A DNA stretch of 64,000 bases from contig CP075494.1 of the NCBI GenBank assembly GCA_021613535.1, forward strand, positions 1,054,001 to 1,118,000, in the 5' to 3' direction. Of this stretch, positions 11,972 through 22,917 are shown piece after piece. This DNA is from Adineta vaga (lineage: Eukaryota; Animalia; Rotifera). The position numbers were made by a program, and so were the translations under genes. Numbering within the stretch: position 1 is the first letter of the stretch; the number at the start of each line of letters is the position of its first letter. Under the pieces are notes generated by a model. That model ran no database searches, was not told where the DNA came from, and was given only the letters and a program-made list of their open reading frames with translations.

Positions 11972-13474
11972 ATGTTCATCGTTATTCTCATCTTGTTCAG
12001 TTCATCTTGCATAAGTTATACGTATCAAGATGTATCAATCGTTCGTTTAACTGACTTTGGTTATGTATTTGCGCCATTGAACGATTCCATGGGTCCTTTT
12101 CTTACTCTCACTGAAAAAACTGTTCTTCTGTGTCATTTGCAATGCAATCAAAGAATTGCTTGTCGAGTATTTGATTTTGATCAAGATACGAGTGAATGTC
12201 GATTATGGTCTGATGATTTAACAACTGGTATGCTGTCTCTCGTTCTACCATCAAAACCTCGATCAACAGTTGGCGCTATTCAAGTAACATCAAATACATA
12301 TGCTTCTATTCATAATCAACCATGTAATAAATGTGTTAACAGTCGTTATGAAATATGCGATCCAATTTCATTGACTTGTAAATGTCCGTCGATGACATTT
12401 TGGAATGGAAATTTATGTGTACCTCAACGATACTCATATCAATCATGTTCAACAATAGATAGTTGTCGACCAGATCTTCAATTCGAATGCAAAGATACTG
12501 GATGTAATTCTATTTATCAATGTTTAAATCAGACAAGTAAGAATTCTATTGAATAATACGTATAATTTTTCTAATCCTTTATTTATTGCTTAGATGTTGG
12601 TATAACTGTTGCTGGCTTTTGTAATGCGACCGCTGGTGGTGGAGTTCAAGGTTTGTCAGGTCCATGGGGTGTTTATGTTACATCGGATAATACACTCTAT
12701 GTAACTGATTATGATACTGGTCGAGTACAAGCTTATCCATCGTTGTCTCGTTCAGGAATAACGATAATGACGATCAGTGGAATTGTTGAAGATGTTTTTG
12801 TCGATACGATTGGATATGCTTACATGACTGCTTACACTCTCGGTAGTGTATTTGTTTCACCAACAAACACTACTCTTCCTATTTCTAAGACGTATTTATG
12901 TACTTCATCTTCAATAGCTTTACCTTATGGAATAGCTGTCGATCGTTATGGAAATATTTATATATCTGATTACTATTGTCATGTAGTCATGAAATGGACA
13001 CCAAATGCAACTACAGGTATTGTCGTAGCTGGACAACTCGGTATAGCAGGTATTAGCAATAATTTTCTTAGTGGTCCTAAGTTTATTTTTCTCGATGAAA
13101 TTAACTCAGCATTATATGTTACTGATTGTACTAACAATCGTATACAGAAATTTCTTTTGGGAGTGAGTACAACAGGTATTACAGTTGCTGGTATTAATGG
13201 ATATGGTTCAGGTCTAAGTCAATTGAAAATTCCAGCAGGAATTTGTGTATCACTCAAAGATCAATCGATCTATGTAGGTGATCAAGGTAATCATCGAGTG
13301 ATGAAATGGAAAGTGAATGCTACACAAGGTTCAATTATTGCTGGAAGTACAGGTGTAACAGGTAGTACATCTCTACTTCTTGATACACCAGGTGATGTTG
13401 CTCTTGATCCTACAGAAACATTTCTTTATGTGGCTGATTATGGTAACCATAGAGTTCAACGTTTCCGTCTATAA
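11972..13474 (+). CDS. Secreted PAN/Apple + Cys-rich (EB/EGF-like) + NHL-repeat protein; 2 exons
   Basis: Signal peptide MFIVILILFSSSC; PAN-like C..QC....C..FDF....CRL; intron 12537-12593 joins in frame (T-N-VGITVAG) to NHL repeats. Confidence 0.85.
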
Positions 13475-13561
13475 ATTCGATCTTCAAAATGTATTGAACT
13501 ATCTTTATGACTTTCAAACCGATTCTTTTATTCATTGTATTCATATTAATTATAATAAAAG

Positions 13562-13628
13562 TTGAAGGTGTGAGTGTGGAGAAAAGAATAACAACATTCA
13601 TAGCTATACACGCGCAAGTTCAAGATGT
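13562..13628. repeat. Telomere-like inverted-arm element (degenerate right arm)
   Basis: ttgaaggtgtgagtgtggag ... tacacgcgcaagttcaagatg. Confidence 0.5.
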
Positions 13629-13756
13629 GTTGATATTTGATTATTTTCTTGTAATTGCATTTATTAATTAAATTTAAAAAGAGAAGATAACTACAAATTC
13701 AATGAATTAACTTCTTTATTTTTGATAAAATCTAAGGAGAAAAGAAAGCAAATTGC

Positions 13757-14080
13757 TTAAAAACGAAGGCCTTTCATAGCAGTAATAGCAAGAATAAATG
13801 TGGTAAAAATAGTATATCGACTAAAGACAATTGCAGCACCTGAAACACAAATAGCCATGGATTGCGATTGAGGACTAGCACAATCAGCTGGATATGTTTG
13901 CTTGCATTTAGTTGAACATGCATCATTTGCACATGATGGAATTGAAAGTAATGGTTTTTCAACCATTTTACATCCCACACCGACGCAACATGAACAGGAA
14001 CATTTTTCACCATCAGCGTTTGATATACATAATACGCCAATACAAACCAAAATGAGAAGAATTGAATTTGTTAAGTGCAT
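13757..14080 (-). CDS. Small secreted Cys-rich protein with hydrophobic C-terminus (probable GPI anchor)
   Basis: Signal peptide, CSCSCC...C...C....C...C......C...C core (10 Cys), C-terminal hydrophobic tail. Confidence 0.8.
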   Translation of the reverse strand: MHLTNSILLILVCIGVLCISNADGEKCSCSCCVGVGCKMVEKPLLSIPSCANDACSTKCKQTYPADCASPQSQSMAICVSGAAIVFSRYTIFTTFILAITAMKGLRF

Positions 14081-15172
14081 TTTCTTAGTATAATCAAATA
14101 TGAGTAGATAGATTATGTATAGAAAATTTTTTGAATAACGTAGTCAAAAACATGTCTTTATATACAATGGGTTGTTAGGTATGATAAGAAAATTTATTTT
14201 CTCTAAAAGTAAATACATTTAAGAGAAAAATCTTGTATTTTTTGCTAAAATACGTCATTAGTTAGATGATTTTATTGTTTTACTCAAGAACTTGTTGATT
14301 TATTACATTGTTATCAGTAATCTTATGTTATTACACCACGTTGTGCAATATCGTTAAATCTTTAACAATCTCTCTCCCTCTCTCTGGTTTCCACGTAAAA
14401 ATAAAATCTTATTATTTGAATAAAGAAATTGAGTCATTAAAATGAACAAGATTGATGAAATTGTTTTCGACGATATTGTATTTGAGGTAATTTTGTAGTA
14501 AGATAGATCAGTTTTTGTTCGATAAGTCTTTGTGATGAAGTAGAAAACGGCTTAAGATGTTTAGTAATCAATTGAAATTGGTTATTAAGTACATCAGTCA
14601 TTATTTTCATTATTTGTTCTAAACTAACTTCATAAGCTGCGTTTCAATTGCATCGTATTGTTTAAGTTCAGCTTTTAATTATTGCTGTTGGTTATTTAGT
14701 TTCTTACGGGCTTCGTGGATTCTTTTTACATCTGATTCATACATTTTACCGGAGAATTTATCAGTTCATCTACAATATCCGATTTAAATAAAGTAAATGC
14801 ACGTTGATACGGCGAAATGATCCAAATATTAAGTTCGGATTGGATACATTTTTGCATTAAATAACGATGGGTAATACAAAAAAAAAGAAAGACATAATAA
14901 AACATTATTATTTCCTTTTCAATTCAATTGAAATTTTCTTTCATGTTATTCGATAGAATTATATAATCTTTCGCACTCAAAAGGTTATACAGATAAATTT
15001 CAAAAAATGATTGTTGACTTTTTCATTACTTTTTGTTGTATCTTGTTTCATGAATGATAGCTTTCGTGCAAAATCTTCTGAATATAATCTTTAGAATGAA
15101 ATGATCATATTTCTGATACTTTAGTAGAGTAACTCAGTTTATTTATACATTCAATAATGAACAATTAAATAT

Positions 15173-16017
15173 TTATTGATCAAATAAGACAAGACAACGT
15201 GTTTCAATACTTGTTTGTTGAAGTTCTGATATTGGTACATGATCATTAACAAATCCTGTATGAGCACAAAATCGAGCAACATTAAGATTGGAATCAAAAG
15301 TTTTAAAGATGAACATTTCATTTGATTTCATATTACTTAAATAAAACCAATTTTGTGTATTTTTAGGATTGTATGAGATTAAATATGATGAAGTAGCCGA
15401 GAAACTTGATTTTCGATTTTCTGCTGAATGAATATCTTTGTTAAGATCTAATGAATAATAATCACAAAGTGTTAAAGGATGTTTTGTAATAACATTTGAC
15501 CCTATTGGTCGCCAAATATTAATCAATATATATCGATTTTGCATACATTTTTTTGCTTGTTCTTCACCAAGAATTTCTTTCACTTTTTTCATACGCACCA
15601 AATTCATCAAAATCGACATGTGTATTATACGCCGGATTTTTATGATTTATATCACATTTATCGAGTGGACGTAATGGACCACGATGTCGAAATACATGAT
15701 TGAAAACAATAACTCGATTTGCACCAAGACGTTTCTTAAGCAATGCAGCTAGTTCTTCATAATAACATTCTTGTATTTCGCTATTATCGGGAAATTCATT
15801 TTGTATATGACCTTCATATTTTTGTATTTCAAAACCATGAGTATCAAGATCGAAATTTTTCTTTGTTTCATAAATCATGAATAATAATTTGAGTAGGTGT
15901 TAATATAAAATTTGCTAATGGTGATGATAAACTATAACTTAAATAGATCCATGGAGAAGAATCATCAATTGTATAATCAAAAAAATTCAATTCTGCTGTT
16001 ATATCACCACCATCCAT
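15173..16017 (-). pseudogene. AsaB/CmcJ/NvfI-like (fungal/bacterial-type) oxidoreductase pseudogene
   Basis: Motifs FDLDTHGF, YYEE...LK..LGA.RV.VFNH..R, HVD, INIWRPI, PL.LCD, W.Y.S.M...E..FK.FDS, HTGF, SIE.R; nonsense codon (IHDL*) and two frameshifts (~15860, ~15585). Confidence 0.85.
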
Positions 16018-16223
16018 CAATGAATAAATGTAAGAGAGAGAAAAGAAAAGAAAAGAAATTCGTCTTATCGTCATAAAATATAATACACACATCTTATATT
16101 TCACATGAATTCTTTGTTTTCTTTGATGACATCATCTTATGAAAATAATAAAAGGAATCGAAATTAAACAACAGTTCATCAATATCACCAATGAAAGTTT
16201 CCCAGCGTTTGATCTTCAATCTT

Positions 16224-16296
16224 CTTGAGCGTATGTATTGATAGGGTAAGAGGAGATAAAAAAATTTCTCACATTCTCATTCACTCACACCCTCAA
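16224..16296. repeat. Telomere-like inverted-arm element
   Basis: cttgagcgtatgt ... cattcactcacaccctcaa; a further arm gagtgtggatgtgggtgt at ~16421-16438. Confidence 0.55.
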
Positions 16297-16554
16297 ATTC
16301 GTCTGTATGTCCGGCGCCTGATTGGTCAATTTGTACAACCGATCAGATTTCAGCATTATAAAATCAAACAATAAATGAGTTCCTAAAGATATAACTATAG
16401 TTTGGGTGGACTACTGATGAGAGTGTGGATGTGGGTGTTGGATCTGTTTGAAAGAGTGCGCGTTTATAGTGTGTATAGTCCCTTACAGGATTGAGTCGAG
16501 CGTATTGGTCTAAGGGATCGATGTGTTACTTGTTTGACCAGATAAATTTGAATG

Positions 16555-18602
16555 TTAGGTACGCCATTGTATAAGTATGAGTATCTTCTCACAACGTAAA
16601 CTGTAAACATGACCAACATTTGTGCTGAATCGAATTTGTGGATATACGGAAGGGAAATAAGTTGGTACATTTGGATATACGATCACGACTACTCCAGTAA
16701 ATTTACCCTTCTCTTTATCATAAATCCATTTATCAAGAAGATTCACTGGTATTGGCTCATAATCTAGATTAGGATAAGGTGAATAATTCAAACAAACAAT
16801 TGCTTGATTTGTACTAAATGGCTTTGATAATTCATTATAGTCGAAATGTATTAATTGTTTTGATTTGAAATTGATATCTTCTAAACCGAGTTGTAAAAGT
16901 TGATCTTTTGTTTGTTTAATCAGCGATTCCTGATAAGCTGCTGTATAAACGAAAGAGAGATTCTGATGCCATTTAACATCTTGTTTATGACCTGATGTAT
17001 CGATAAAAACAACAGATGATTCTATACGATTTCGAATTTGTTCCAACGATGTATAAATCGATATATGTTGTGAAAATCGGTCCAATTCTCCATATACCAA
17101 AATATAATTTTGCTTAAATTCGAAAACTAAGATAATAGCTGATTCATGTAGTGTAGTTATTTTACTTTTCACATAATCCGTAAGAGAATATTCGAGGTAA
17201 ACGTTCGGACCTTCTTTTTTCAGCTGCTTAGCGAAGTCAGAAACATAAAAAACATCTCGCTCAGATTGTATATAAATGCGAAGATTGTTTACAGGACCCA
17301 CAAGTTCTTGAAGACATCCTTGAACGAAATGTCTTGGATATCCTTGTAGAATGCTGTTGTTATCTTTCCAATAGTCATCAACATATTGCTCAATAAATTG
17401 TTGAACAATTGAGGATGTGACCGTTTCAATATTTTCTTTAATCAAAAGTGGAGTTAGATTTAAACAGTCAACATTCCATAAAAGTTCTGTATTTTTTATA
17501 TAAAATGAGTGGACCATGGGATCATTGAAATTGCTTTGGGGCACTATCAAACGTTTACCACGTAGAAACTTTGTGATATAGTTAGAATGAAGCCAGTTTA
17601 TTTGATTTGTTCTTGGAAGTGGATAAAAGTTCGGTTGCTTGGGTAGTTTTTGATGTAGATCAACAAATCTAGCATATGAACACTCCATTGAGTGCCTTCG
17701 AACAAATTACATACAATTGGTCTTGCTTCTTTTTCTATGATTAAATATCCATTACACATAGTACAATGACCATTAGCATAATCCATATCGACTTTTGTAT
17801 GAACATAATCAATTAAACCGAGTGAATTTAATTTATCAATGGTTGGTGTCATATGATGAGTATCATACGCCATAAATACACAGCATGGAATGTGTGGACA
17901 TTTTTGTAAACTATCAACAAAATGAATTTTTTCGAAAGAAAGAATTTCTGAATATGGATCATAAACATTTATATTATGGATTCTATTGAAAAATTCCATT
18001 TGAAATATTTCAAGATTATTCGAAGCAGATGATTTTCCTGTGAGCTCTTGAGATAAACAATTAATTAAATCAGATGCATTTTCTTCACTTATATAACTAA
18101 ATATGGGTATTATACACCACTTTGTTTCATCTTCATTTATCTTAAAGACTACTAAATCAAGTTCTTTATATAACGTGTCAATAGAATAAATGATAGCTTT
18201 GGGAAATAAATATTGTATCAAATGTAAATGTCCTGTCTCGAATGCACCACCATAATCAATGATAACTGGTGTTGAATCAAACGTCCATTGATTAATATGA
18301 TTTAGAGTTTCGACAAGTTTCTTAGTATTGAAATTGCCTGATGATACTTCCCATGTTGAATAAAATAATTGACGATATAAAAGTATTGCCTGTTCGAATG
18401 TATGGTCCAGTAGACAAACAGTCTTTGGAAATGTATCAGCACATCTTGGTACAATTAATTCTCGATTTGGTAATCGATGAAAGTTATCTAATTTTCGATA
18501 AACATCAGTACTAATAAGAATCTCATCCGTTTCAATATCGATTGTTAATGGCAATGATTCAGAAGAAGGATATAAAACCAGAATATTATTATCCATCATC
18601 AA
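16555..18602 (-). CDS. Intronless ~680-codon gene split by one frameshift; N-terminal half SAM-methyltransferase-like (possibly viral cap MTase)
   Basis: Overlapping ORFs 17598-18602 and 16555-17688; motif-I-like IIDYGGAFETGH....LFP...YSID; the one GT-AG candidate I tested does not repair the frame. Confidence 0.55.
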
Positions 18603-18756
18603 TATTTTACTAGAGACAAAATATCAGTGCGTTAGTGAAATAGTTGTTACAATAATTTATTGTTAAATGATGTTGCGCTTTTTTTCTTTTTTTCCCACTT
18701 TTTTTCTTAGATTTCACTTTTTCCCACTTATTTTTTCTCTTTTTCTGTTCTGTTAT

Positions 18757-18815
18757 CATCTTGAGGGTGGGTGTGGGCGTTGATGAACATGAGATACGCA
18801 AATTCACACCGTCAA
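18757..18815. repeat. Telomere-like inverted-arm element
   Basis: catcttgagggtgggtgtgggcg ... cgcaaattcacaccgtcaa. Confidence 0.65.
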
Positions 18816-19190
18816 AATTGAAATTGAACCAAGATTTTAACATTGACAAAGATAATAAAAAAGTTTAGTTGAAGTATCAATATATGATGCAATATTTAGA
18901 GATTCAATTTTGAGACAATCTAATTTATTCTTGACATGATCATCTTAATTATGATGAATACAAGGTTCTAACTATTGCGGAGTTCCATCTAGAATATTTC
19001 CTAGATAAACTTTTGCTTTGCTTAATGAAAAAGATTTTTTAAACTGAATTGAGTTGCCCAATACATTTGTCGCAGTCATATTCTTGAAAATCAATAACAA
19101 CTTGAAGGTGTGAGTGAAATGGATGTGTAAATATTCTACTCAGATTTCGATATTTTCAAATTTTATTTCAATAATCAAGAAAATCTATTT

Positions 19191-20513
19191 TTATTCTATT
19201 CGTTGTTTATGTAACCAATGGTTATTTGATGATAATGATCTGAAATAATATTAAAAATCAATGCTATTAAAGAAGAAAAATGAAACAAACTTTTCTTGAT
19301 CACCATCATCTTCTCTAACATCGCCAGATCGAGATAAACAACCAAAAATTGCATTATGAAGTACTTTAAGTATCAACTAAACAAAATATTTAAGAAATTC
19401 TATTTTTTCAAGATAAATCTTCTTACAAAAAACCAATAAATATTTAAAATAAACAATATCCATAGCATTATATTGAATGGAATATAAAGATGAAGACCTC
19501 GATCTAATGTACGATAAACAGCAACAACTCCAGTTGAATAAAGAACTTTTAAAGGAAACCAATACAATCGAAAGACAAACCTTTAATAAAAACAAATTCT
19601 TTTCTTTTCCGAAATTTAAAAGAAAATGATTTTAATTTTACCAACAAATAACAAATATAGTAAAACCAATATAAGATATTTGTTCCCATCGTTTATCTTG
19701 TTTTGTATTAAGATAACGAATAATTTTTGTTATTTCAAGCCAAATATCCGCAATATCATGACAAAACAGAACTAATAAACCAACTCTATGATAACTTTAT
19801 TAAGAAAACAAAATTCATTGTAGAAAAACAATTAAATAAATTTACCGTATGGCATAAGAAACAAAAATCAATATTGTAGTGATAATATGATGAAGAATCA
19901 TAATATAGAAATCTTTCCGTTTTGAATCCAAATAAATTGTTGCATAAACTGAATGAATATAAAATCCACATTGAATAAAATAAAGAATTTTTATATTAAA
20001 TGGAACAAACATTCCAACTGACCAATCTAAATAAAGAAAATTTTGCTAATTATAGAAAAAAACCAAATCTAAAAGTATTCTTTTACTATCCCAAACTAAA
20101 TATGGTTCATCAAAATAATTATAACGATATTTAACTAAATAGAAACAATAAGACCATGAACAAGTATAGAAAAGAAATTTCCATGTGGATTCAGAAAATT
20201 TTTTCTCATTTTGAATTGTTAATTGAAACCATGTGATAAGTTTCTATGAAAGAAGAATGAATTCTTGTGAGATTTTAATGAAACAAACCAGAGATAAAAT
20301 CGATTGAAATAAATATCGAATTAAAGTAAAGAAAAATGAAATGAAAATTATACTGAAAATATCGAATAGATTAAAACTAAATAATTCAATTGAATTGTAC
20401 ACAATTTCTTTGGATAAGATCTCATCATTTGTATAATACCAAATAATTGTATTCCATAAATCGATAAATAGATTTTGATAAGATGGTGATAGAGAATATC
20501 TTTTATTCAACAT
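19191..20513 (-). CDS. Ceramide synthase (TLC/Lag1 domain, CERS1-like), multi-exon
   Basis: Spliced translation gives KKFSESTWKFLFY, RKDFYIMILHHIIT..L, VLFCHDIADIWLE.TK, FPLKVL and DVREDD; last exon ends at TAA 19191-19193. Confidence 0.9.
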
Positions 20514-20784
20514 TTTATCTTAAAAGGAAAACAAAAGTGTACCTATGTAACTTGAAAAGAAGGCCTTTTTTTATTTTGTTTTATTCTCAATGAAATAAAC
20601 GAATGATGCTGGCGTGATCGAATCGACAATAGAATGAAGAATTCAAAGAAAAAAAGTTTTGTGATTACAATTGTTTAACATTCATTCAATAGAATAGAAA
20701 GAAAAAGTGCTCATTGTCATGGTTTATAAAAGCATGACTCATTCACTTCAAATGCAGTTATGTTTTTATAAACCATGAGAAAAT

Positions 20785-20895
20785 CAGTACTATTAAACTT
20801 AAAACTTGAACACGTCAGAAACTGTGTATACAAAGACGCTCATGGGTCGCGTGTCGCACCCCCACCGCGTGATGCTAATATAAAAGATGTTATTT
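20785..20895 (+). repeat. Dispersed repeat, internally deleted inverted copy of the family at 58900-60190
   Basis: cagtactattaaacttaaaacttgaa and ctgtgtatacaaagacgctcatgggtcgcg...gatgctaatataaaa match the reverse complement of 60164-60190 and 58911-58991/60033-60056. Confidence 0.75.
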
Positions 20896-21561
20896 TGCAA
20901 TTTGGTTGTAATGATGACACTAATTTTACTCTTGATTATCGATATATTCATTTACAGCTAATGCAAGTATTTAGTATTGCATTAACTTCTTTTCGTAATC
21001 GATTTCTTACTTAAACTTTTGCAATCGAATAGAATGAAAAAGAAAGAAAGAGTTCCGCATATATAAGTATTTATAGGATATATGGATGTGGGCGAAAGTT
21101 ATATTTCTCGCATAACTATTAATAAATGCATTAAATCTTTCAGAAAAGAATAAATCTCTTTCAAATTTTTCTTTCATTATCACTTTTTTCGATATATATA
21201 AATCTATAAAAAGTTAATAGCAAGAAAGATATCAATCAAATCATATGTTATTGATACAATCTAATAAAAAAATGAGTTATGTGCATTTTTAACGTTCTTT
21301 TGATCCCGAGAGATTGTATTACAATTTGCATTCTTTCAGAAAAACATTCATATGGATAGTTAATCAAGAAAAGAACGGAGAAAAAAAGACAGAAAAACAG
21401 TTGATTACCATCATTTGCGCTTTCCTAACGATTGAAGAGTCTTCTTAATACTATCGATATATCATTGTAATTATCAATAACTACCGAATATTTTGCATCC
21501 ATATATAATCTATATTTCTACTGTGTTTTTTTCTTAAAATGACATAAAAAATCCAATAGAT

Positions 21562-22708
21562 ATGAAATTATTTTCATTAACAACGAATCTTACGATTATG
21601 AACATACAATGGCAAGTATATGCAATTGGTTTTGTCTTATTATTATTATGTTTACTAACAATATTAGGAAATTTATTAATAATATACGTTATTATTCGTG
21701 AAAATACTTTACATACATCAACATATTATTATATCGCATCATTAGCTTTTGCTGATCTTTTAGTTGGATTAATTGTCATGCCAATTGCGTTTGTATTTGG
21801 AATGATCAATGATAAATATTGGTTATTTCTAGAACATTTAAAATTTCTATGTAATTATTGGCATTCAATGAGCATTTTCATTTGTACAGCATCGATTTTT
21901 GCTTTATGTACGATTGGATTAGATCGTTATATGGCAATTACAAAACCAATTGAATATCCAAATTTATTTATATCAAAAAAATGTTTTTATATATTATTTA
22001 ATATATGGATAAGTTCAGCAATCATTGCATTTCCAGCTGTGAATTTGTTCGGAACAATTGAAGATATTTCTCGTATGTAAAGAAAGATATTTTAATAAAT
22101 TAGATTCATTTTTTTTTATAGAACAATCATTAAATCAAACAATCTTAACATCTTCAATATCATTTAAAGAATGTGAATTTCCAACTAATCCTTATTATAT
22201 ATTATTCACTTCAATTCTATCATTTTATTTACCATTTATTGTGATGATTTATGTTTATATTAAAGTGTATTTAGCAGCAAAAAAACAAACCATTGCACTT
22301 CATTCTGGTTATAAACATCATACTTGAATAAAATCTGATAAAACTGAACGATTATCATCGGATTTTATAATAGTTCGTATTCATCAAGGAAAATATCAAA
22401 ACCCAATGATCAAAAATAAAAACTTTTCTAAAGATCAAAAAGCAACAAAATTCATTGGACTTATTATGGGTACATTTGTTTTTTGTTGGTTACCTTGTTT
22501 TGGATATTTGTTATTAAGTGGAGTATTTTCTATTCGTTTAAAAGATGAACATGATCACGAACTTTTATTTCGAATATTTTCATGGCTTGGATATACCAAT
22601 TCTGCTTTGGATGTTCTTGTTTATATTTCTACTTCGAAAGAATTACAAACGACATTATTAAAATTATTTGTATCACGTAGATTTCGACATGTACATTTAA
22701 ATAATTAG
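21562..22708 (+). pseudogene. Biogenic-amine-type class A GPCR (dopamine Dop1R2/octopamine-like) with in-frame stop
   Basis: GN, SLAFADLLVG..VMP, LDRY, FYLP, RIHQG, KATK..G.IMG.F..CWLP and WLGY.NS motifs; intron 22073-22121; TGA at 22325-22327 in frame with the downstream ORF. Confidence 0.85.
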
Positions 22709-22917
22709 AATATCTTCGCTTATTTTATTTCAATATTTTACGAAAAGACGATATAGGAAGAATAAAACATGTGAATAATTTCGCGAGAATTTATTAAGAA
22801 AGATATGAAGTTGAAAATGTTTTATTATAATCAACTAAGACTTGGCGGCACCAGGTTATCCACTAAAACAAAAATCATTCTATTCCACACTGTTCTGACA
22901 TCGAGAAATAGAAATAA

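Noticed and set aside
14620-14870. Minus-strand coiled-coil-like fragment (YESDVKRIHEARKKLNNQQQ*LKAELKQ)
   Set aside because: Interrupted and unassignable
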